DNA of 64,000 nucleotides from Sphyrna mokarran (Eukaryota). The stretch is taken from positions 46,872,001 through 46,936,000 of the forward strand of contig JAGIQG010000011.1 of NCBI GenBank assembly GCA_024679065.1. The letters run 5' to 3'. The position numbers were made by a program, and so were the translations under genes. Below, piece after piece: positions 1 through 10,334 of the stretch. The notes under the pieces were generated by a model, which worked only from the letters and a program-made list of their open reading frames with translations, was not told where the DNA came from and searched no databases. The first letter of the stretch is position 1, and every line of letters starts with the position of its first letter.

Positions 1-1509
1 CACCTGTATGGCAGAGGAGGTTGTTGAGGTCACCCATCTCAATGGCAGCAGACAGGTGCTGAAGGATGAGAAGCGTTTGTTACCATGATTACAGTCATCT
101 AAGATGTCATTTGTTACTTTAAGGATGGTTTTGGTGCTCCAATGGGGATGGAAATATAATTGGAGACGTGATACTTTGAGTAATGGGAAAGGTAGACATA
201 ATAATAATATTGTTATTATTAGGCAACAATATATTCCATGACTTGGGAAAATAAAGTGAAGTCCAGGATGAGGCAGTAATTTGCAAGAACCAAGGGACAG
301 AGGATGAGTGATACTGACAGATTTCAATGAAATTTTCAGATACAAAAAGTATCTGAGACGTGGGAACTATAAACAGTATCAGATAATGTGGGGCCGGGAA
401 GGAAAGATAAGTGGTCAGCAGTTTGCTGGTAATAGGGTCAGGAATGCAATTGGTGGATTTCAAATTATGCAATTCAATTTTTATTCCGGGAACAATGAAG
501 CTACTTTGGTAGAATCTTCTCATATTGCATGAAAATAAATTGAGACCAAAAATGCATGTTTCATTTCAATCCAGGGAAAAAGAGGTTGAAAGATATTTCA
601 TCCCATCTATTTGGATTTGATTTTAATCCAAGTGTGAAAGAACAGAAATCCCCTAATCCTTGGATTATAGTTTTGCAATTTTTTTCTTAAGTTGCCTAAT
701 AATGCCAGTTTTGGTAGATATTTTCTTAGTTTACCAGAAATGAAGAAGTTTCCTTGCAACTTGAATTAGATCTGCAGTTTTGTCAGTGTTTATGATGATG
801 CATGATTTTAATTAGAATATTGATGAGTAACACATTCCCCTTCAATTTTAAAAATAATACATTTCAAATTGACACTTGCAAGCAGGTTGTGGATGTTTTC
901 CCATGTTTTTTGCTGTCTTTGTGTTTTAACTTTCATCTGATCACTTATTTTACAAAACTGGGTCCACATTGATTCATAAAGAACCAAAGCATCTGAATAG
1001 ACTACCTTGGGCTTTTGCATAACTGGTTTTATTCTACTTTAGTTTGAGAAACTGAATCCTCAATAGCAATTTTGGAGAGCATCTAAGCAGAAAGTTATGA
1101 AATAATCAGGGTATAAACTTCCATGTTAAGGCAATTTGATAAATCATTGCTTTTTTGAGTTTGTGTCTGACCTGGTCAGAGTTCATTTATATCATACTTG
1201 GGAACCATTACAAAACTGCTAATGCGTTACAATATACAGAGATTTCACTGTATATTTGACAACAAAGGAATCTTTGTCTTGGCTTGAAGATGTGTAAATC
1301 CCTGAAAATAGAGAAGTTCATTACTACTGTACTGTCTCTGATTTTTTTTCTGAGATTGTGGGCCTCCTGAATCTGTTTTTGTTATCAAGATTGATTGTTG
1401 ATATCACATGTTCAAGTCCAAGGAACCAATTATAGCTGCAGTTCCTGCATTTTTAACATGGTATAACTCCTCTATCAATTAGCAACAAAGACAAAAATTC
1501 TTCCCAAAA

Positions 1510-2470
1510 AATTCAGTGTTGAATTCCGCGTAAAATCTGGAGTAAATCCCGCTGTTTTTTTCAGTGGATGTTTCAATCTCCCACCCTCTATGCTCTGCAG
1601 ATTGCACAAGTGTAAATCAATCCAAAAGTCAATGGTGGGCTTATTCCCTTGGGAGAGGCTGGCAGCATTGTGCTGAGCGGGTCTCCGATAGCTGCTCAGT
1701 TTACTATCAAAAAACCTGTTGGACTTCAACCTGGTATTGTGAGACTTCTTACTGTGTTTACTCCAATACTACGCCCGCATCTCCACATCACAGTTCATAC
1801 GGTGGCCAGCCCTGCAATCCCCCCCCACATTGTTGGCCATGCGACCCCCCCCCCCCTCTCCCCCCACCCACCGCCATGATCCAATTGCTAACCCCCCTCC
1901 CCCTTCTGTGTCCATGCCAGCCCTGGCCTTGCCTGCCATGTACTCCCCCTTCCAGCAGGCTGACACACCTCCCACTCTGATCGTTGGTTTCCCTCCCTCT
2001 GTCAATCAGCTCAAGTGTAGTGGCACTGCCCTGTGTCTGGTGGATAGTTCCAAGGTGTCCCCTGAACATTGGCACATCCCCTTTTGGCATTGTCAGACTG
2101 GCATTGCCAAGCTGGCAGTGCCCAAGAGGCACCTCTGTCCTAGCACTTCCCCCTCGGGTGGTTTCAATTGCCCCCCCCTTCACTCACAGTGGGGTCAGGC
2201 TCCCTGCAAGTGGGAAGCTACTGTAAACCCCACTGGAGTCAACCAGTCCTGGCGGGCTGGGGAGGGTGGGGGAGCAAGGTGACAGGAGCAAGGAGCAGCG
2301 GGCCAGGAGACTTCAGTCCCAGGTCCATTAATGAAATATAAAATAGATGGTAATGAACATTTTTGTATAATTTATTTAGCTCCATGCCAATTCCCAGTGC
2401 AAGATGACAGCACTGGAAATCAGGCCGCCAGAAACATGTAGAGGCCATGGCGCCAAGTGGAGAGCCTGCG
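1510..2470. mobile_element. GC-rich non-autonomous DNA-transposon-like repeat (probably Harbinger-derived)
   Basis: Abrupt GC-rich island with poly-C runs, repeated TGGCA/TGCCA motifs and an aaaatc...aaatcccgc motif resembling shark Harbinger MITE ends. No coherent ORF. Confidence 0.35.
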
Positions 2471-3101
2471 AAATGGCCTCACTCGAGTTTCTTGCTTTTG
2501 TAGCATTGCTTTTATAGCATAGTAGGATGGGAAAATTACTCCAAAAGTGTGCAGTAGGTTTCATATATCTCCAGAATTATGAATAATTATAAGAACCCTT
2601 GTTTGAATTATACCACAAGATCTTTAATGATTTAACACCTCATCTGAAGCACTTACTTTGCAATATAGCACAGTGCACCCCCTTGGTGCATTGTAACATC
2701 AGTCTAGATTATGAGCTCATGCATCTTTAGAGATCTAACAAACAAAACAGGCGCAAAGTAGGCCATTTGGCCCTTGAGCTTACTCTGTCATTCAATAAGA
2801 TCATGGCTGAACTGTTTGATGAGCTTAACAGCCGATTAATTGGAGGTGAGTAGGTTGTCAGCATCCCCACCACCTTCCCTTTAAAAATTCCAGCACGTTT
2901 CAGAAGTGCCAGAAGGCTGAGATGCTGTTTAAATGCATAATTTTCAAAATGGCACCTGCACCTGATGGCGGCACTTTATTGAAAATCTAGTTCCAAGATT
3001 GAGCAGTGGTGGATTGAAGAAAATTAAACAAAGCACAACCGTAATCTGAGTAAAAGGCTATTTGCTTTGTTTTAATAATTTTAATTGAATTTTGGTTTCA
3101 G

Positions 3102-3221
3102 AAAATTCTGCACCATTGAAAAGTGATCAGAAGAAATTAACAAATCCAGAGTCAAAAAGATCTTCTGAGAAACCTCAGAACACAGATGTAAAAAAAGAGC
3201 GTGTTGAATCCAAGATGAATG
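3102..3221 (+). CDS. ERICH2: ERICH2 internal coding exon (120 bp, phase 1-1): xNSAPLKSDQKKLTNPESKRSSEKPQNTDVKKERVESKMN
   Basis: Acceptor ttttggtttcag at 3090-3101 and donor G|gtaatt at 3221/3222. The frame is open and its phase joins the 8598 exon (G|AT = Asp). The peptide is low-complexity, so homology could not be confirmed by eye. Confidence 0.65.
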
Positions 3222-3231
3222 GTAATTATAT

Positions 3232-3512
3232 TTTGTTTGTATGTTCATGGAATGTAGGCATCACCAGCTGAACCAGAACCTATTGTGCATCTCTAACTTC
3301 CCTTGAAAAGGTAATGGTTAGCTGCTTCCCTGAACTACTGCATTCTATGTGGTGTAGGTACACCCGCTATGCTGTTGGATTTGAAGTTCCAGGATTTTGA
3401 CCCAGCAACAGTGAAGGAATGACAGTATATTTCCAAGTCAGAATGGTGTATGGTTTGGAGGGGAACTTCCATACAGTGGTGTTCCCATGCATCTGTTGCC
3501 TTCGTCCTCCTA
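3232..3512 (-). mobile_element. 3' end fragment of a CR1/L2-type LINE (family B)
   Basis: Reverse complement matches the 3' ends of the copies at 31550-31795 and 46400-46670. Confidence 0.65.
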
Positions 3513-3629
3513 GATCAGCGTTCTTCAAAGTGGAGGTCACGACTCGCAGTGGGTCACGGGATGCTGAAAATGGGTTACCAATTAAATTATCACTGCTCTA
3601 TAAACTGATCTTGTTTTAAAAAAAAAGTA

Positions 3630-3753
3630 GGATTTTCTGTGATCCCATTCAAAGAACACCGGATTTTCTGTGATCCTGTTCAAAAAAGCATGTGATTTTC
3701 CATGATCTGTTCAAAAAATGCAGTATTTTCTGTGGTCCTGTTTAAACAAAAAC
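3630..3753 (+). repeat. Minisatellite, 4 units of about 31 bp (GGATTTTCTGTGATCCTGTTCAAAAAA...), inside a probable hAT-like element starting at 3516
   Basis: Units start at about 3630, 3661, 3693 and 3723. The upstream CAGCGTTCTTCAAAGTG resembles a hAT/Charlie-type terminus. Confidence 0.6.
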
Positions 3754-5285
3754 AGGAGGTTGTGTTTATGCTGCACATTTTGTAGAAGACAGCATGATAA
3801 TGACAACCTCCCGGATGATGGCATAATCAGTATTAGGACTTTTGATGAGGGGGAAAAGCTTAGTTACCTGATACAATTCAAGTTATGTGCACTTTATGAA
3901 AGGGAAAGATAAGTAATAGGAGAGAGGTGTTTTTAAAGTGTACAGTAAATCCCAATTAGATTGCGACTGTGGCAGTGGTACTGCAGCTTACCTGGTCAGT
4001 AGTCTCTTGTCTCAGTCTAGAATTTCCCGCCATGAAGGCAGGCTTTAACTTCAGAGTATGACGTGGACAATCAGTATCTTATAATCCAACTCATTATTTT
4101 TCCTGTGTGGATAAAAAAAATTATACTGAATCAACTTCAAAATGAGATGACATCTGAAAACCATTGAGATGTTTTTTTTTAATTTGATATATGTGGGAAA
4201 GCATAATCGACACATAACCACAGACTTCAATGGTTGCAGCAAAATATAGTTTATTGATGTGACATATCCACTTACCAGGAAGGTTTACTAATAGGATGGT
4301 GCAGATAGAGATAATTGAAGCCTGCCTTATTAAGTTTCCACTTAAAAGCAGAACATTGATCTGATGAGTTCTGTATTTCAAAGGTGTATCTTAAACAAGA
4401 AATCTGTCTCAAATAAACAGCAATCAACTTACTGGCTCATGCACGATGGAGCTATGGACTTTAATTTGAATGCATACCTGGACATGGTTACCAGGATCAT
4501 ATTGGTGAACTCTTTTACACTTGGATCACTCAAGTCCTGATAACACAGAATCCCCAGAGATTCCCTTCTCTGATCACTTTAAATGGTATGGTGAACGCTG
4601 GCATCACTGCAATGGTAGCAATCCTGGCCTTCAATGAGGCCTGGCCTCATCTGCGGCCTGGCCTCATCTGCAGCCTGACAGTCAGCTGTCTGCCTAAAAT
4701 AGGCAAGAAGCAGCAGCTTGGTGGTGGGCAGGAGTGGTTAGTAGCAGAAGGCCACCAGGAGACAACAAATTGCTGACAACAAGATGTGTTTTTTGGAGGG
4801 GGTAAGGGGAGGTTGATGCAGGGAATGCCTAAATTTTCCTTGTGGAACACTCCTGGCCCCGAAGGAAAGATTTAAAAACGTTCCAAACTTATCTCCTTCA
4901 GACTCTTCTGATTCCAGACCTCCTCACAAGTGACTTTCGTTGCTCGGAAAACTGGAAGAACACAATGGCTTTCCTGTTTAGACCTTGGTTCAAGTTGAAG
5001 TCGTTATATTCTAAGTTTTGATTTAACGAAGAACCTTGTTGACGTCAGGCAAATGTCTTTGTTGTCTGCTCAGTAGAGCATGTTAAAATAGAAAAATAGG
5101 ACTGGTCTGGCACACTGGCAAATAAATAACTTGGATGATTTTCACCATACGTTTACCCAGTTTTCATCAGATTAAAATGCAGTTTGAGTCTGTCATCTTA
5201 TGGAGAAAATAAGTTAACAACTTTGAAAGTATACTGGATGTCATTTGATAGCACAGAACTTTGGGTGTTGCTGAAAAATGAGAAA

Positions 5286-5630
5286 TGCTATTGAATTTTT
5301 TCATCTTGCACTCATCGGGACAGTTATATAATAATTTATGGTGCATGAGAAGAGAGTGTTGATTGTTGGCAGTTGGATTCTTGTAGTGATGTTGCCATAG
5401 AGAATGTAGTAAGGAACTGATAATTGCCTAGCTATTGTTTCAAATTCAAACCTGGCAGGTCAATTCTTAAGAGGACCACCGTTAATTGCCTATGGCAATG
5501 ACGACCATTCAGAGTCCACATGCCAACCAATTAGTGCGCTCATCTCAAGCAGTATAAATTGTTATTCTCTTTACTGTGGCTTATATTCTGTAGCTGTCCT
5601 AATGAGGGCAAGGTGAAAAGCTTCAGCAGT
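5286..5630. mobile_element. Short Penelope-type element with inverted ends, each a degenerate minimal hammerhead motif (family H1)
   Basis: 5286-5322 reverse complement (ctgtcccgatgagtgcaagatgaaaaaattcaatagc) aligns with 5594-5629 (ctgtcctaatgagggcaaggtgaaaagcttcagcag). Confidence 0.5.
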
Positions 5631-8597
5631 TTTTTTTTATTCAGCAGTACCCAAGTTATGTTGTGGATATATTAAACTTACTTACCTTACACACTTGCAG
5701 CATTCAACAATATTCCAGTTCCCTGTAGGATTGTATAATTATTAAGAAAAAATAGTTGAATACTTCTAATAAAGTAGATCAATGGTTGGTGATCTAACGA
5801 AGCTCATACCACTTAAACTTCTGAGTCAGTGTAATAAGTTGATTGCCTTGCTTTCGTCTGGAATGCTCTTATAAATTTTCTTGAATATCAGAGCAATGAA
5901 CCTTATCTTACAGATGTGATTTCTGTTCCTCTTGGATTATCTGATCCTCCTAGGTCCATCTACCATGAATACAAGTAGCTATATTAAGACTCACTTCCCT
6001 TAGTTTTGGGGAAAATTCTTATATATTCTGGTGGCACAATTAAACTTTTTCCTGACTCTTGCTTAGGTTCTCCCTCAGGTTCAAAACTTCTGTAATCATT
6101 CTCTGTTACCTCTTTGAGAAGACACGTCATGCTATCTCTGTGTGTCAAAACCATCTTTTATACTTTTAAATTTCATCAAAAACTTCCTTCATTTTGTTAA
6201 CTAATCTTTTCAGATGTTTAACCAATTTCCTTGTCTTTGTACATTAAATATACAAGGGTTCTAAATTGTGATCTTAATCACTTAGATCTGCCAAGATCAC
6301 AGTCAGAGTGCTATATCTTTTTTGAGCATCCGCAAGTTATATTATTAGCTGTTTCCATTTCCCAGAGTTTAGCCAGGCTGCCGAATATTCCATTTTGCCC
6401 TTGAGGCTATTTGATAGGGTCTTTTCATTCCAGAAGGCAGGAGATCAGAATTGGAAGAGCATAAAATATACTTTTCCTGTTAGGTAGAAAGTTGGTTACA
6501 GTTAAGGTCATGTGAGGACATATAAATATTTAATATACAAGGACAAAGAAATGGGTTAAACATCTGAAAAGATGGTAGCCAGTTGCATATAGGTCAATGC
6601 ATTTGTGCTATTTTAATTATTATTCTATTTAGTTTAGATGCATTTATAGTTACAATGAAAGTTCTGTTATGCAAATGCAGAGCACCAAGGAATTCTATGA
6701 CAGTATGCTATTCCACTACCAGAGCACCAACATGTGACAGTCTTGATGAAAACTGAATGGTTGAAATATATTGGAATAGGATATTTTTGTATACAGTTAC
6801 AATTTTGGTGACATGAGCATAACAGAAGAAAGAGTATATGTTTGAAGTCACATGAAAGATGTGCGAATATACAGTCACTGGGAAGATGCTGAAGATTTTC
6901 AGAAAAACTCAGCATCCTTTACAAAAACCTCCTTACAAGCCTATATCCCAGTCTCTGTGCTGACTGCATCTGGTCACAGCCAAGACTGATTTTAAAAACT
7001 TCCCAATTCAATGAAAATGTTGTGTCATTTGATAGCCAAGACAAGATCATTTATTGTTTTCAGAGCAAACATCACAGCCTGCTACAACTACCTTTTGCCT
7101 CTGCCTCCTTTTTTAAAATATGCATGAATACACTTTTTTGTTATAGACAGAATTTATGTTCTCTTACTTGTGTTTGGTATATTTTGTATTGAAAGATTTT
7201 TTTTACCCTTTGAGTCTGCATGCCAATTAAATAACTCAGCAGCAAGATTTGAGAGTGTAAAATGAATCAGCTTTCATATCCCAACTTTTTTAAAGTAAAT
7301 GTATTAGTGTCACAAGTTGGCTTACATTAGCACTGCAATGAAGTTACTGTGAAAATCCACTAATTTATTAATTAATTAAACATAATGTCACATTTACTTG
7401 GTCTCACTCACACTGCAGTTTTATAGATTATAATTATCACTGTCTCTAATTTATGATTATCAGTCTCCCAGTGGTCTTTTGAATGGATTTGATAATTTAA
7501 AGTTGAAATGAGCATTTTGTAAAGTAAAGGGTTCACAGCAGATATGAGGTTTTTGTAATTAAATAGCTGTGAGGTTGCTTCTTAGATGAACTTTAAACTG
7601 CAGCAGATTATATATTCTTGCAGTCTGATGATTTGCAGCTTATTTGAGAGTCTGGTTCTGAAATTGGCTGAACTGATATTTCTGAGGGCTTTATAAGAAT
7701 GGTTTGCACACACACAAAACCCATATTTTAAACAGACGATGAAAACTTGGCACTCTCTACCTTTTCATAAATTCCACGTGTTTTGCAAATCTCGTGTGAT
7801 GTTCATATTGATTCTACATCTTGTGTTGTGATTAACACCACTGAGGCCCACCCAGACCAAATTGGATGAGGAAATCCATTATGATACAAAGGGAAGTTGA
7901 TAGTGGCCATTCACTTCCATCTGCTACAAATTGAGTTTCAATTTTTGCTTTTATCCAGTGGTGAGGTAGTCAGTTGTTTTGGCCCATCCTTAAAGACATG
8001 TGTGAATTCTGTGATGGCTGTGGATGTCCACACATAGTTAGAGTTTCAATGGAAGACATGCCCAAATGTCCAAAGTCACATGATTTGTAGCAGCCATTTT
8101 TACAGCTAATTTGTGCTCAATTTTTAAAAGTATCTGAAGGCTCGCAATATGATATGCCAGTGCTGGGTATGGCATTTTCCTTTGAGTGTCAACACTATCA
8201 CATTTCTAAAAATGAAGTTAGAATATAACCTAAGTTGGCTAAATTGTTCCTGAGCACTGAGGCCAATCAACAAGCTCATGCTCCTGATTGCTACATGGCC
8301 ATCTGCTTGAAAGTAAGCCCATGAGGATGGTGGTAGCTTCAGGGCTGACCGTACTACCTGAACAATGGAATTGCTTGCAACAACTGTCTACACAATTACA
8401 TGAAGATCAGCTGCTTCACCACTGGAGGTCACCTTTGCAAACATACAGGACAGAAGCAAGAGAAGAGATCATTTGTAAAATATGTAACTGGTAGTTACCA
8501 TAATAAATTATAACATTAAAAATATTTTAATAATTAATCTTTTAAAAATTGAGCTAGACTTGTAATTAGTTAACTTCTTTCTTTTCTGTTTTTGTAG

Positions 8598-8824
8598 ATG
8601 CACAGAGTTATTTAAATTCTTCCTATGCTAAAGAAGCAAAAACATTGACAATCCTGGCAACCAGCAATGAATCACAAAATGTAGCTACCACCAGTGCAGC
8701 TAACAGAATTTCAGAAGATTCTGATGGGGATGATGATGCAACTGAAAATGAAGAGGGGGATGATGTTGATAATGAAGACAGTGAAAAGGAAGAAAGAGAG
8801 GCACCAATAGAGTTGATGGGAGAG
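8598..8824 (+). CDS. ERICH2: ERICH2 coding exon: DAQSYLNSSYAKEAKTLTILATSNESQNVATTSAANRISEDSDGDDDATENEEGDDVDNEDSEKEEREAPIELMGE
   Basis: Long polypyrimidine tract plus tttgtag acceptor at 8597; donor GAG|gtaaaa at 8824/8825. An acidic stretch is followed by the APIELMGE motif. Confidence 0.88.
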
Positions 8825-9564
8825 GTAAAATTATCGCTTAAAAATAGTTTTTGTACCACATATGGGTACATAACCTGATGAGAAAACAGCAACAATGCAG
8901 TAGTGTGAAGCAGCAAAGCTCCAGTAGTGAAATATGAGGAGCAACATGGTTTAAGTTTTCAATCCAGAGACCTCTGCATTTGTTCAACAGGTGAGAGTCG
9001 TGCAGGGCAGTGCTAGTGCACAAACGTACCTTGTTAGCAGATCAAATTGGGCTGCCAGCTTATGAGAAAAACCTGGAAGATGTGTGTATTCAAGCATTAT
9101 CCTAGAATTCCAGCACTCGTTAATTTTTTTTCCTATATCTATCTTCTATTTTCATGAATTATGCAGTTCCTGTGATTATAAATAACCTTTGCTTGAGAGA
9201 GGCAGTTGAGCAGTATGACTGGTGGGTGATTGTGTAACTGAACAACCTTTCTGATGTGAATTTAAGATGCAAAGTTGCAGATGCCCTCTTTGAGTTCCAG
9301 CAAACCGTGAAGGATTTTTTTGGTCTGACTTGTACAGCTAATGTCTGTATTTCAAGTTTAGTCAATGCTTCTTCTGAATATATATTAGGAGATATACTCA
9401 AATTGTTTCCTTTAATTCAAGCTTATTGTAACTGAAGGAAATATTCCAATCAACTGATGACAACATACTTTACAATTTGTTATACTTTACCTTTTCGATC
9501 AAAAAAGATTAACTATCCCAATACAATTGAAATATTACTTATAATATTGCCAGTTCCGAGAATA

Positions 9565-10080
9565 TCACAGTCATAGAGTAATAGAGGTTTACAGCATTGG
9601 AATAGACTCTTTGGCCCAACTTATCCACGCCACCCTTTTTTTAAAACCCCTAAGCTAGTCCCAATTGCCTGCATTTGGCCCATATCCCTCAATACCCATC
9701 TTATCCATGTAACTGTCTAAACACTTTTTTCTTGATCCTATAGATACTTTTTCTAAACACTTTTTAAGAAAAAATCGTACCCACCTCTACTACTACTACT
9801 GGCAGACCCTCGACTTCCTGTGTGAAAAAATTGCCCTTCTGGACGTTTGTATCTTTTCCCCTCTCACTTTAAACCTATGACCTCTAGTTTTAGGCTCCCC
9901 TACCTTTGGGAAAAGATATTGATTTTCTAGCTGATCAATGCCCCTCATTATTTTATAGACCTATATAAAATTACCTCTTCTACATGCCAGAGAAAAAAGT
10001 CCCAGTCTCTCTAACCTCTCCTTTATAAGTCAAGCCATCAAGTCCCAGCAGCATCCCAGTAAACTCTTTCTAGTTTAATA
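9565..10080 (-). mobile_element. CR1 LINE 3' fragment
   Basis: Reverse complement resembles the CR1 ORF2 end and 3'UTR at 20200-20585 (ggtcataggtttaaagtgagagggg...; tail ctctatgactgtga). Confidence 0.7.
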
Positions 10081-10089
10081 ATAGAAATT

Positions 10090-10330
10090 AAAAGACAGAA
10101 ATGATGGCATGGGAACAAAATAGTGAGTTAAAATGGTAAGAGACAGGTATGTCAGGATCATGCTTGCAGACTGAGCAAATGTGTCCTGCAAAATGGTCAC
10201 CCAGTCTACTTTTAGTCTCCTCAATAAAGAAGAGACCACATTATGAGCAGTGAATTCAGTGGACTAAAATGAAGGCAATGCAAGTGAGATATTTCTTTAT
10301 CAGAAAGAACTTTGGGCCTGGGACAGTGAC
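10090..10330 (-). mobile_element. Penelope-like GIY-YIG fragment, inverted relative to the adjacent element
   Basis: Reverse complement aligns by eye with 11843-12085. Confidence 0.65.
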
Positions 10331-10334
10331 GTAC

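Noticed and set aside
1-530. Possible upstream ERICH2 exon or ORFs 119-523 and 308-532
   Set aside because: No phase-1 donor with a convincing open exon and no recognisable peptide.
1564-2282. Overlapping Pro/Gly-rich ORFs of 76-150 aa
   Set aside because: By-product of a GC-rich, poly-C repeat that is open in several frames on both strands; no recognisable domain or splice structure.
3630-3753. CRISPR-like array of ~31-bp repeats
   Set aside because: Units are directly adjacent with no unique spacers, there are no cas genes, and the context is vertebrate.
8825-8878. Extension of the 8645 ORF (VKLSLKNSFCTTYGYIT)
   Set aside because: Intron read-through past the GAG|gtaaaa donor; the conserved protein continues at 28698.
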